NCBI GenBank assembly: GCA_009914755.4 | Contig: CP086569.2 | Coordinates: 60,896,001 to 60,960,000, forward strand | Reading direction: 5' to 3' | DNA length: 64,000 nucleotides | Source: the human T2T-CHM13v2.0 reference genome, Homo sapiens | In this document: positions 14,250-28,486 of the stretch, in pieces | Position numbering within the stretch: position 1 is the stretch's first letter | Layout of the letters: every line of letters begins with the position of its first letter | The notes under the pieces: model-generated | The model's input: only the letters and a program-made list of their open reading frames with translations | What the model was told of the DNA's origin: nothing | The model's database searches: none | Program-made: the position numbers and the translations under genes

Positions 14250-17200
14250 TCATTGACTGGAAAGGCTGGGTGTCGAAAGGAATTGACTCCAATGGAATGG
14301 AATCGAATGGAATGGAAGTGAATAGAATCGAACTAAATCGAATGGAATGGAATTGATAGGAACGGAATGGAAAGGAATGCAATGATTTGGCATGGAATGG
14401 AATCGAATGGCATCGAATGGAATGGAATGGAATGCAATGGAATGGAATGTATTAGAATGTAATGAACTTTAATGGAATGTACTCGAATGGATTCGACTGG
14501 AATGGAATGTTCTGGAAGTGAATGGACTCCAATGGAATGGATTCAAAAGGAATGGAATCGTACGGAATGGAATCTAATGGAATGGAATTAAATGGAAATG
14601 AATCAAATTGCATAGCACGGAATTGAATTGAATGGAATCGAATGCAATGGAATCTAATGAAACGGAAAGGAAAGGAATGGAATGGAATGGAATGGACTGG
14701 AATGGAAAGGAATCGAAACGAATGGAATGGAATCGAACTGAAGAGACTGGAATGGAATGCACTGGAATGGAAGGGAGTGTAATGGAAGGTTCTGGAAAAA
14801 AATGGAATCGAATGGAATGGAATTGAATGGAACGGAATAGAGTCGAATGGAATTGAATGGAATGGAATGGACTAGAGTGAAATGGAATCGAACCACAAGG
14901 AATGGACATGAATAGAATGGTCTCGAATTGAATGGAATCGTATGGAATGGCATCAAACGGAATGGAGTGGACAGCCACGGAATGGAATGCACTCGAATGC
15001 AATGGAGTCGAAACTAATGGACTGGAATAGAATGGACTCGACTGGTACGGACTCCAATGGAATGGAATCGAATGGAAGGGAATCGAACGGAATGGACTCG
15101 AAGGGAAAAGACTGCAATGGAAAGGTCTCGAATGGAATGGAAATTAATGGAATGGAATGGAATCGAATGAAATGGAGTCAAAAGGAATGGAATCGAATGG
15201 CAAGAAATCGAATGTAATGGAATCACAAGGAATTGATGTGAACGGAACGGAATGGAATGGAATCCAAAGGAATGGAATAGAATGGAATGGAATCGAATGG
15301 AAAGGACTCGAATGGAAATCACTCGAATAGAATGCAATTTAATAAAATAGGATCAAATGTAATGGAATGGAATGGAAAGGAATCGAAACGAAAGGAATGG
15401 AGACAGATGGAATGGAATGGAACAGAGAGCAATGGTATAGAATGGAATGGAATCATCTGGAATGGAATTGAATGGAATGGAATAATATGAAATGGAATGG
15501 AATGGAACGGAATGGAATGCCCTTGAATTAAATGGACTGGAATGGAATGGACTCGAACAGAGTGGAATGGAAAGTGTTGAGATAGAATGGAATGGACTCG
15601 TTTGGAATGGTCTAGTATGCAATGCAATCGACTGGCAGGGAATCAAAAGGAATGTAATGGAATGGATTGGACTGGAATGCAATGGACTCGAATAGATTGC
15701 AAACGGAATGCAAAGGAATGGAATGGAATAGTATGGAATGGAATGGAAAGGAATGGAGTGGAATAGACTAGAGTGGAATGGAATGGACTGGAAAGCAATG
15801 GACTGGAATGGAACTTTCTTGAATGGACTGGAATCAAACGGAATGGAATGCAATGCAATCAAATGGCATGGAATAAAATAGAATGAAAGAGAATCAAATG
15901 GAATTGAATCGAATGGAATCGAATGGATTGGAAAGGAATAGAATGGAATGGAATGGAATTGACTCAAATGGAATGGACTAGAATGGAATGGATTCGAATG
16001 GAAGGCAAAGGAATGGAATCTATTGGAATGGACTGTAATGGAATGGAATGGAAGGGATTGGAATGGACTCGAATGGAATGGACTGCAATAGAAAGGATTC
16101 GAATGGAATGAAAAAGAATTGAATGGAATAGAACAGAATGGAATCAAATCGAATGAAATGGAATGGAATAGAAAGGAATGGAATGAAATGGAATGGAAAG
16201 GATTCGAATGGAATGCAATCGAATGGAATGGAATCGAACGGAATGGAATAAAATGGAAGAAAACTGGCAAGAAATGGAATCGAAATGAATGGAGTGTTAT
16301 GGAACGGACTCAAAAGGAATTGAATGTAATAGAATGGAGTGGAGTGGACTCGAATATAATGGACTGGAATGGAATGAAATCACATGGAATGGGAACGAAT
16401 GGAATGGAATGGAAAGGAATGGAATTGAATGGAAAGGAATCGAATGGAAGGGAATGAAATTGAATCAACAGGAATGGAAGGGAATAGAATAGACGGTAAT
16501 GGAATGGACTCGAATAGAATGGACAGGAATGCTCAAATTGAATGGACTCGAATGGAATGGAAACGAAAGGAATGTCACCGAATGGAATTGAATCGATTGG
16601 AATGAAATCGCATAGAATGGAGTGGAATCAAATGGAATTGAATCGAAAGGAAAGGAAGCAAATGGACTGAAATGAAATGGAATGGAATTGAATGGAAAGT
16701 TATGTAATGGAATAGAATGGAACGAAATTTCACGGAATGGAATCAAACTGAATGGAATCAAATCAATGGAATCAAATCAAATGGAATGGAAAGGAATTGA
16801 ATGGAGTAGATTGGATTGGATGGGATTGGAATGAAATGTACTGGAAAGGACTCGAATTTCATGAAACGGAATGGAATGAATTGGAACGGAACGGACTCGA
16901 ATGGAATGGAATGTGATGGAATGGCATCAAATGGAATGGCATCAAATGGAATGGAATCGAATGCAATGGAATGCTATGGAATGGAATGGAATGCATTGGA
17001 ATGGAATGTCCTCTAATGGAATGGATTCGAGTGGAATGGAATCGAATATAATGGAGTCGAATGAAATGGAATTGAAAGGAATGGGATCGAATAGAATGGA
17101 ATATACTGGAATGTAATGTAATGAACTCGAATGTAATTGACTGGAATGGAATGTACATGAATGGAATGTAATCGAATGGAAAGTAATCCAATGGAATAGA

Positions 17201-17803
17201 ATCTAATGCAATAAAATCGACTCAGATAGAGTAGAATGTAATGGAATGGAGTGCAGTGCAATGGAATGGAATGGAATGGAATGCAATGGAATGGAATGGA
17301 ATGGAATGGAATGGAATGGAATGGAATGGTGTGGAATGGATAGTAATGGACTGGAGTGAAATGGACTGGAAAGGAATGGACTCAAATTGAAAGGGCTCGA
17401 AAGGAATGGAGTCAAATGGAATGGTCTGGAATGGAATGAACACGAATGTAATGCAATCCAATAGAATGGAATCGAATGGCATGGAATATAAAGAAATGGA
17501 ATCGAAGAGAATGGAAACAAATGGAATGGAATTGAGTGGAATGGAATTGAATGGAATGGGAACGAATGGAGTGAAATTGTATGCAGTAGAAGAGAATAGA
17601 ATGGAATGCAAGCGAAAGGAAAGGAATGGATTGGAATGGAATGGAATTCATTGGAATGGAAGGGAATGTAGTGTAATGGACAGGCCTGGAATAAAGTGGA
17701 ATGCTACGGTCTCGAATGGAATAAAAATATATGGAATGGAATGCAATGAAACGGAATCGAATGTCATAGAATGTAATGGAATGCAACAAAATGGAATCCA
17801 AAA
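14250..17803. repeat. HOR unit 5 (3554 bp), first haplotype-B unit
   Basis: Anchor at 14250 and 17804. 'ggatcaaatgtaatgg' (~15341) replaces 'ggaccaaatgaaatgg'. The 418-aa artefactual ORF splits into 107 aa + 305 aa (15014..15337, 15353..16270). Still carries the A-type 'ctcgtttggaatggtctag' (15591). Confidence 0.85.
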
Positions 17804-20800
17804 TCATTGACTGGAAAGGCTGGGTGTCGAAAGGAATTGACTCCAATGGAATGGAGTCGAATGGAATGGAAGTGAATAGAATCGAACTAAATCGAATGGA
17901 ATGGAATTGATAGGAACGGAATGGAAAGGAATGCAATGATTTGGCATGGAATGGAATCGAATGGCATCGAATGGAATGGAATGGAATGCAATGGAATGGA
18001 ATGTATTAGAATGTAATGAACTTTAATGGAATGTACTCGAGTGGATTCGACTGGAATGGAATGTTCTGGAAGTGAATGGACTCCAATGGAATGGATTCAA
18101 AAGGAATGGAATCGTACGGAATGGAATCTAATGGAATGGAATTAAATGGAAATGAATCAAATTGAAAAGCACGGAATTGAATTGAATGAAATGGAATGCA
18201 ATGGAATCTAATGAAACGGAAAGGAAAGGAATGGAATGGAATGGAATGGGCTGGAATGGAAAGGAATCGAAACGAATGGAATGGAATCGAACTGAAGAGA
18301 CTGGAATGGAATGCACTGGAATGGAAGGGAGTGTAATGGAAGGTTCTCGAAAAACATGGAATCGAATGGAATGGAATTGAATGGAACGGAATAGAGTCGA
18401 ATGGAATTGAATGGAATGGAATGGACTAGAGTGAAATGGAATCGAACCACAAGGAATGGACAGGAATAGAATGGTCTCGAATTGAATGGAATAGTATGGA
18501 ATGGCATCAAACGGAATGGAATGGACAGCCACGGAATGGAATGCACTCGAATGCAATGGAGTCGAATCTAATGGACTGGAATAGAATGGACTCGACTGGC
18601 ACGGACTCCAATGGAATGGAATCGAATGGAAGGGAATCGAACGGAATGGACTCGAAGGGAAAAGACTGCAATGGAAAGGTCTCGAATGGAATGGAAATTA
18701 ATGGAATGGAACGGAATCGAATGAAATGGAGTCAAAAGGAATGGAATCGAATGGCAAGAAATCGAATGTAATGGAATCGCAAGGAATTGATGTGAACGGA
18801 ACGGAATGGAATGGAATCCAAAGGAATGGAATAGAATGGAATGGAATCGAATGGAAAGGACTCGAATGGAAATCACTCGAATAGAATGCAATTTAATAAA
18901 ATAGGATCAAATGTAATGGAATGGAATGGAAAGGAATCGAAACGAAAGGAATGGAGACAGATGGAATGGAATGGAACAGAGAGCAATGGTATAGAATGGA
19001 ATGGAATCATCTGGAATGGAATTGAATGGAATGGAATAATATGAAATGGAATGGAATGGAATGGAATGGAATGCCCTTGAATTAAATGGACTGGAATAGA
19101 ATGGACTCGAACAGAGTGGAATGGAAAGTGTTGAGATAGAATGGAATGGACTCCTTTGGAATGGTGTAGTATGCAATGCAATCGACTGGCAGGGAATCAA
19201 AAGGAATGTAATGGAATGGATTGGACTGGAATGCAATGGACTCGAATAGATTGGAAACGGAATGCAAAGGAATGGAATGGAATAGTATGGAATGGAATGG
19301 AAAGGAATGGAGTGGAATAGACTAGAGTGGAATGGAATGGACTGGAAAGCAATGGACTGGAATGGAACTTTCTTGAATGGACTGGAATCAAACGGAATGG
19401 AATGCAATGCAATCAAATGGCATGGAATAAAATAGAATGAAAGAGAATCAAATGGAATTGAATCGAATGGAATCGAATGGATTGGAAAGGAATAGAATGG
19501 AATGGAATGGAATTGACTCAAATGGAATGGACTAGAATGGAATGGATTCGAATGGAAGGCAAAGGAATGGAATCTATTGGAATGGACTGTAATGGAATGG
19601 AATGGAAGGGATTGGAATGGACTCGAATGGAATGGACTGCAATAGAAAGGATTCGAATGGAATGAAAAAGAATTGAATGGAATAGAACAGAATGGAATCA
19701 AATCGAATGAAATGGAATGGAATAGAAAGGAATGGAATGAAATGGAATGGAAAGGATTCGAATGGAATGCAATCGAATGGAATGGAATCGAACGGAATGG
19801 AATAAAATGGAAGAAAACTGGCAAGAAATGGAATCGAAATGAATGGAGTGTTATGGAACGGACTCAAAAGGAATTGAATGTAATAGAATGGAGTGGAGTG
19901 GACTCGAATATAATGGACTGGAATGGAATGAAATCACATGGAATGGGAACGAATGGAATGGAATGGAAAGGAATGGAATCGAATGGAAAGGAATCGAATG
20001 GAAGGGAATGAAATTGAATCAACAGGAATGGAAGGGAATAGAATAGACGGTAATGGAATGGACTCGAATAGAATGGACAGTAATGCTCAAATTGAATGGA
20101 CTCGAATGGAATGGAAACGAAAGGAATGTCACCGAATGGAATTGAATCGATTGGAATGAAATCGCATAGAATGGAGTGGAATCAAATGGAATTGAATCGA
20201 AAGGAAAGGAAGCAAATGGACTGAAATGAAATGGAATGGAATTGAATGGAAAGTTATGTAATGGAATAGAATGGAACGAAATTTCACGGAATGGAATCAA
20301 ACTGAATGGAATCAAATCAATGGAATCAAATCAAATGGAATGGAAAGGAATTGAATGGAGTAGATTGGATTGGATGGGATTGGAATGAAATGTACTGGAA
20401 AGGACTCGAATTTCATGAAACGGAATGGAATGAATTGGAACGGAATGGACTCGAATGGAATGGAATGTCATGGAATGGCATCAAATGGAATGGCATCAAA
20501 TGGAATGGAATCGAATGCAATGGAATGCTATGGAATGGAATGGAATGCATTGGAATGGAATGTCCTCTAATGGAATGGATTCGAGTGGAATGGAATCGAA
20601 TATAATGGAGTCGAATGAAATGGAATTGAAAGGAATGGGATCGAATAGAATGGAATATACTGGAATGTAATGTAATGAACTCGAATGTAATTGACTGGAA
20701 TGGAATGTACATGAATGGAATGTAATCGAATGGAAAGTAATCCAATGGAATAGAATCTAATGCAATAAAATCGACTCAGATAGAGTAGAATGTAATGGAA

Positions 20801-21367
20801 TGGAGTGCAGTGCAATGGAATGGAATGGAATGGAATGCAATGGAATGGAATGGAATGGAATGGAATGGAATGGAATGGAATGGAATGGAATGGTGTGGAA
20901 TGGATAGTAATGGACTGGAGTGAAATGGACTGGAAAGGAATGGACTCAAATTGAAAGGGCTCGAAAGGAATGGAGTCAAATGGAATGGTCTGGAATGGAA
21001 TGAACACGAATGTAATGCAATCCAATAGAATGGAATCGAATGGCATGGAATATAAAGAAATGGAATCGAAGAGAATGGAAACAAATGGAATGGAATTGAG
21101 TATAATGGAATTGAATGGAATGGGAACGAATGGAGTGAAATTGTATGCAGTAGAAGAGAATAGAATGGAATGCAAGCGAAAGGAAAGGAATGGATTGGAA
21201 TGGAATGGAATTCATTGGAATGGAAGGGAATGTAGTGTAATGGACAGGCCTGGAATAAAGTGGAATGCTACGGTCTCGAATGGAATAAAAATGTATGGAA
21301 TGGAATGCAATGAAACGGAATCGAATGTCATAGAATGTAATGGAATGCAACAAAATGGAATCCAAAA
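17804..21367. repeat. HOR unit 6 (3564 bp), haplotype B
   Basis: Anchor at 17804 and 21368. 'ctcctttggaatggtgtag' variant (~19141). Confidence 0.85.
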
Positions 21368-24300
21368 TCATTGACTGGAAAGGCTGGGTGTCGAAAGGAA
21401 TTGACTCCAATGGAATGGAGTCGAATGGAATGGAAGTGAATACAATCGAACTAAATCGAATGGAATGGAATTGATTGGAACGGAATGGAAAGGAATGCAA
21501 TGATTTGGCATGGAATGGAATCGAATGGCATCGAATGGAATGGAATGGAATGCAATGGAATGGAATGTATTAGAATGTAATGAACTTTAATGGAATGTAC
21601 TCGAGTGGATTCGACTGGAATGGAATGTTCTGGAAGTGAATGGACTCCAATGGAATGGATTCAAAAGGAATGGAATCGTACGGAATGGAATCTAATGGAA
21701 TGGAATTAAATGGAAATGAATCAAATTGAATAGCACGGAATTGAATTGAATGGAATGGAATGCAATGGAATCTAATGAAACGGAAAGGAAAGGAATGGAA
21801 TGGAATGGGCTGGAATGGAAAGGAATCGAAACGAATGGAATGGAATCGAACTGAAGAGACTGGAATGGAATGCACTGGAATGGAAGGGAGTGTAATGGAA
21901 GGTTCTCGAAAAACATGGAATCGAATGGAATGGAATTGACTGGAACGGAATAGAGTCGAATGGAATTGAATGGAATGGAATGGACTAGAGTGAAATGGAA
22001 TCGAACCACAAGGAATGGACAGGAATAGAATGGTCTCGAATTGAATGGAATCGTATGGAATGGCATCAAACGGAATGGAATGGACAGCCACGGAATGGAA
22101 TGCACTCGAATGCAATGGAGTCGAAACTAATGGACTGGAATAGAATGGACTCGACTGGCACGGACTCCAATGGAATGGAATCGAATGGAAGGGAATCGAA
22201 CGGAATGGACTCGAAGGGAAAAGACTGCAATGGAAAGGTCTCGAATGGAATGGAAATTAATGGAATGGAACGGAATCGAATGAAATGGAGTCAAAAGGAA
22301 TGGAATGGAATGGCAAGAAATCGAATGTAATGGAATCGCAAGGAATTGATGTGAACGGAACGGAATGGAATGGAATCCAAAGGAATGGAATAGAATGGAA
22401 TGGAATCGAATGGAAAGGACTCGAATGGAAATCACTCGAATAGAATGCAATTTAATAAAATAGGATCAAATGTAATGGAATGGAATGGAAAGGAATCGAA
22501 ACGAAAGGAATGGAGACAGATGGAATGGAATGGAACAGAGAGCAATGGTATAGAATGGAATGGAATCATCTGGAATGGAATTGAATGGAATGGAATAATA
22601 TGAAATGGAATGGAATGGAATGGAATGGAATGCCCTTGAATTAAATGGACTGGAATGGAATGGACTCGAACAGAGTGGAATGGAAAGTGTTGAGATAGAA
22701 TGGAATGGACTCCTTTGGAATGGTGTAGTATGCAATGCAATCGACTGGCAGGGAATCAAAAGGAATGTAATGGAATGGATTGGACTGGAATGCAATGGAC
22801 TCGAATAGATTGGAAACGGAATGCAAAGGAATGGAATGGAATAGTATGGAATGGAATGGAAAGGAATGGAGTGGAATAGACTAGAGTGGAATGGAATGGA
22901 CTGGAAAGCAATGGACTGGAATGGAACTTTCTTGAATGGACTGGAATCAAACGGAATGGAATGCAATGCAATCAAATGGCATGGAATAAAATAGAATGAA
23001 AGAGAATCAAATGGAATTGAATCGAATGGAATCGAATGGATTGGAAAGGAATAGAATGGAATGGAATGGAATTGACTCAAATGGAATGGACTAGAATGGA
23101 ATGGATTCGAATGGAAGGCAAAGGAATGGAATCTATTGGAATGGACTGTAATGGAATGGAATGGAAGGGATTGGAATGGACTCGAATGGAATGGACTGCA
23201 ATAGAAAGGATTCGAATGGAATGAAAAAGAATTGAATGGAATAGAACAGAATGGAATCAAATCGAATGAAATGGAATGGAATAGAAAGGAATGGAATGAA
23301 ATGGAATGGAAAGGATTCGAATGGAATGCAATCGAATGGAATGGAATCGAACGGAATGGAATAAAATGGAAGAAAACTGGCAAGAAATGGAATCGAAATG
23401 AATGGAGTGTTATGGAACGGACTCAAAAGGAATTGAATGTAATAGAATGGAGTGGAGTGGACTCGAATATAATGGACTGGAATGGAATGAAATCACATGG
23501 AATGGGAACGAATGGAATGGAATGGAAAGGAATGGAATCGAATGGAAAGGAATCGAATGGAAGGGAATGAAATTGAATCAACAGGAATGGAAGGGAATAG
23601 AATAGACGGTAATGGAATGGACTCGAATAGAATGGACAGTAATGCTCAAATTGAATGGACTCGAATGGAATGGAAACGAAAGGAATGTCACCGAATGGAA
23701 TTGAATCGATTGGAATGAAATCGCATAGAATGGAGTGGAATCAAATGGACTTGAATCGAAAGGAAAGGAAGCAAATGGACTGAAATGAAATGGAATGGAA
23801 TTGAATGGAAAGTTATGTAATGGAATAGAATGGAACGAAATTTCACGGAATGGAATCAAACTGAATGGAATCAAATCAATGGAATCAAATCAAATGGAAT
23901 GGAAAGGAATTGAATGGAGTAGATTGGATTGGATGGGATTGGAATGAAATGTACTGGAAAGGACTCGAATTTCATGAAACGGAATGGAATGAATTGGAAC
24001 GGAATGGACTCGAATGGAATGGAATGTCATGGAATGGCATCAAATGGAATGGCATCAAATGGAATGGAATCGAATGCAATGGAATGCTATGGAATGGAAT
24101 GGAATGCATTGGAATGGAATGTCCTCTAATGGAATGGATTCGAGTGGAATGGAATCGAATATAATGGAGTCGAATGAAATGGAATTGAAAGGAATGGGAT
24201 CGAATACAATGGAATATACTGGAATGTAAGGTAATGAACTCGAATGTAATTGACTGGAATGGAATGTACATGAATGGAATGTAATCGAATGGAAAGTAAT

Positions 24301-24926
24301 CCAATGGAATAGAATCTAATGCAATAAAATCGACTCAGATAGAGTAGAATGTAATGGAATGGAGTGCAGTGCAATGGAATGGAATGGAATGGAATGCAAT
24401 GGAATGGAATGGAATGGAATGGAATGGAATGGAATGGAATGGAATGGAATGGTGTGGAATGGATAGTAATGGACTGGAGTGAAATGGACTGGAAAGGAAT
24501 GGACTCAAATTGAAAGGGCTCGAAAGGAATGGAGTCAAATGGAATGGTCTGGAATGGAATGAACACGAATGTAATGCAATCCAATAGAATGGAATCGAAT
24601 GGCATGGAATATAAAGAAATGGAATCGAAGAGAATGGAAACAAATGGAATGGAATTGAGTATAACGGAATTGAATGGAATGGGAACGAATGGAGTGAAAT
24701 TGTATGCAGTAGAAGAGAATAGAATGGAATGCAAGCGAAAGGAAAGGAATGGATTGGAATGGAATGGAATTCATTGGAATGGAAGGGAATGTAGTGTAAT
24801 GGACAGGCCTGGAATAAAGTGGAATGCTACGGTCTCGAATGGAATAAAAATGTATGGAATGGAATGCAATGAAACGGAATCGAATGTCATAGAATGTAAT
24901 GGAATGCAACAAAATGGAATCCAAAA
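21368..24926. repeat. HOR unit 7 (3559 bp), haplotype B
   Basis: Anchor at 21368 and 24927. A 5-bp (one pentamer) deletion near 21781-21810 fuses artefactual ORFs (181 aa, 21570..22115). Confidence 0.85.
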
Positions 24927-27900
24927 TCATTGACTGGAAAGGCTGGGTGTCGAAAGGAATTGACTCCAATGGAATGGAGTCGAATGGAATGGAAGTGAAT
25001 AGAATCGAACTAAATCGAATGGAATGGAATTGATTGGAACGGAATGGAAAGGAATGCAATGATTTGGCATGGAATGGAAACGAATGGCATCGAATGGAAT
25101 GGAATGGAATGCAATGGAATGGAATGTATTAGAATGTTATGAACTTTAATGGAATGTACTCGAGTGGATTCGACTGGAATGGAATGTTCTGGAAGTGAAT
25201 GGACTCCAATGGAATGGATTCAAAAGGAATGGAATCGTACGGAATGGAATCTAATGGAATGGAATTAAATGGAAATGAATCAAATTGAATAGCACGGAAT
25301 TGAATTGAATGGAATGGAATGCAATGGAATCTAATGAAACGGAAAGGAAAGGAATGGAATGGAATGGAATGGGCTGGAATGGAAAGGAATCGAAACGAAT
25401 GGAATGGAATCGAACTGAAGAGACTGGAATGGAATGCACTGGAATGGAAGGGAGTGTAATGGAAGGTTCTCGAAAAACATGGAATCGAATGGAATGGAAT
25501 TGAATGGAACGGAATAGAGTCGAATGGAATTGAATGGAATGGAATGGACTAGAGTGAAATGGAATCGAACCACAAGGAATGGACAGGAATAGAATGGTCT
25601 CGAATTGAATGGAATCGTATGGAATGGCATCAAACGGAATGGAATGGACAGCCACGGAATGGAATGCACTCGAATGCAATGGAGTCGAAACTAATGGACT
25701 GGAATAGAATGGACTCGACTGGCACGGACTCCAATGGAATGGAATCGAATGGAAGGGAATCGAACGGAATGGACTCGAAGGGAAAAGACTGCAATGGAAA
25801 GGTCTCGAATGGAATGGAAATTAATGGAATGGAACGGAATCGAATGAAATGGAGTCAAAAGGAATGGAATCGAATGGCAAGAAATCGAATGTAATGGAAT
25901 CGCAAGGAATTGATGTGAACGGAACGGAATGGAATGGAATCCAAAGGAATGGAATAGAATGGAATGGAATCGAATGGAAAGGACTGGAATGGAAATCACT
26001 CGAATAGAATGCAATTTAATAAAATAGGATCAAATGGAATGGAATGGAATGGAAAGGAATCGAAACGAAAGGAATGGAGACAGATGGAATGGAATGGAAC
26101 AGAGAGCAATGGTATAGAATGGAATGGAATCATCTGGAATGGAATTGAATGGAATGGAATAATATGAAATGGAATGGAATGGAATGGAATGGAATGCCCT
26201 TGAATTAAATGGACTGGAATGGAATGGACTCGAACAGAGTGGAATGGAAAGTGTTGAGATAGAATGGAATGGACTCCTTTGGAATGGTGTAGTATGCAAT
26301 GCAATCGACTGGCAGGGAATCAAAAGGAATGTAATGGAATGGATTGGACTGGAATGCAATGGACTCGAATAGATTGGAAACGGAATGCAAAGGAATGGAA
26401 TGGAATAGTATGGAATGGAATGGAAAGGAATGGAGTGGAATAGACTAGAGTGGAATGGAATGGACTGGAAAGCAATGGACTGGAATGGAACTTTCTTGAA
26501 TGGACTGGAATCAAACGGAATGGAATGCAATGCAATCAAATGGCATGGAATAAAATAGAATGAAAGAGAATCAAATGGAATTGAATCGAATGGAATCGAA
26601 TGGATTGGAAAGGAATAGAATGGAATGGAATGGAATTGACTCAAATGGAATGGACTAGAATGGAATGGATTCGAATGGAAGGCAAAGGAATGGAATCTAT
26701 TGGAATGGACTGTAATGGAATGGAATGGAAGGGATTGGAATGGACTCGAATGGAATGGACTGCAATAGAAAGGATTCGAATGGAATGAAAAAGAATTGAA
26801 TGGAATAGAACAGAATGGAATCAAATCGAATGAAATGGAATGGAATAGAAAGGAATGGAATGAAATGGAATGGAAAGGATTCGAATGGAATGCAATCGAA
26901 TGGAATGGAATCGAACGGAATGGAATAAAATGGAAGAAAACTGGCAAGAAATGGAATCGAAATGAATGGAGTGTTATGGAACGGACTCAAAAGGAATCGA
27001 ATGTAATAGAATGGAGTGGAGTGGACTCGAATATAATGGACTGGAATGGAATGAAATCACATGGAATGGGAACGAATGGAATGGAATGGAAAGGAATGGA
27101 ATCGAATGGAAAGGAATCGAATGGAAGGGAATGAAATTGAATCAACAGGAATGGAAGGGAATAGAATAGACGGTAATGGAATGGACTCGAATAGAATGGA
27201 CACGAATGCTCAAATTGAATGGACTCGAATGGAATGGAAACGAAAGGAATGTCATCGAATGGAATTGAATCGATTGGAATGAAATCGCATAGAATGGAGT
27301 GGAATCAAATGGAATTGAATCGAAAGGAAAGGAAGCGAATGGACTGAAATGAAATGGAATGGAATGGAATGGAAAGTAATGCAATGGAATAGAATGGAAC
27401 GAAATTTCACGGAATGGAATCAAACTGAATGGAATCAAATCAATGGAATCAAATCAAATGGAATGGAAAGGAATTGAATGGAGTAGATTGGATTGGATGG
27501 GATTGGAATGAAATGTACTGGAAAGGACTCGAATTTCATGAAACGGAATGGAATGAATTGGAACGGAATGGACTCGAATGGAATGGAATGTCACGGAATG
27601 GCATCAAATGGAATGGCATCAAATGGAATGGAATCGAATGCAATGGAATGTTATGGAATGGAATGGAATGCATTGGAATGGAATGTCCTCTAATGGAATG
27701 GATTCGAGTGGAATGGAATCGAATATAATGGAGTCGAATGAAATGGAATTGAAAGGAATGGGATCGAATAGAATGGAATATACTGGAATGAAATGTAATG
27801 AACTCGAATGTAATTGACTGGAATGGAATGTATATGAATGGAAGGTAATCGAATGGAAAGTAATCCAATGGAATAGAATCTAATGCAATAAAACCGACTC

Positions 27901-28486
27901 AGATAGAGTAGAATGTAATGGAATGGAGTGCAGTGCAATGGAATGGAATGGAATGGAATGCAATGGAATGGAATGGAATGGAATGGAATGGAATGGAATG
28001 GGATGGAATGGTATGGAATGGATAGTAATGGACTGGAGTGAAATGGACTGGAAAGGAATGGACTCAAATTGAAAGGGCTCGAAAGGAATGGAGTCAAATG
28101 GAATGGTCTGGAATGGAATGAACACGAATGTAATGCATTCCAATAGAATGGAATCGAATGGCATGGAATATAAAGAAATGGATTCGAAGAGAATGGAAAC
28201 AAATGGAATGGAATTGAATGGAATGGAATTGAATGGAATGGGAACGAATGGAGTGAAATTGTATGCAGTAGAAGGGAATAGAATGGAATGCAAGCGAAAG
28301 GAAAGGAATGGATTGGAATGGAATGGAATTCATTGGAATGGAAGGGAATGTAGTGTAATGGACAGGCCTGGAATAAAGTGGAATGCTACGGTCTCGAATG
28401 GAATAAAAATGTATGGAATGGAATGCAATGAAACGGAATCGAATGTCATAGAATGTAATGGAATGCAACAAAATGGAATCCAAAAT
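24927..28486. repeat. HOR unit 8 (3560 bp), haplotype B
   Basis: Anchor at 24927 and 28487. Confidence 0.85.
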
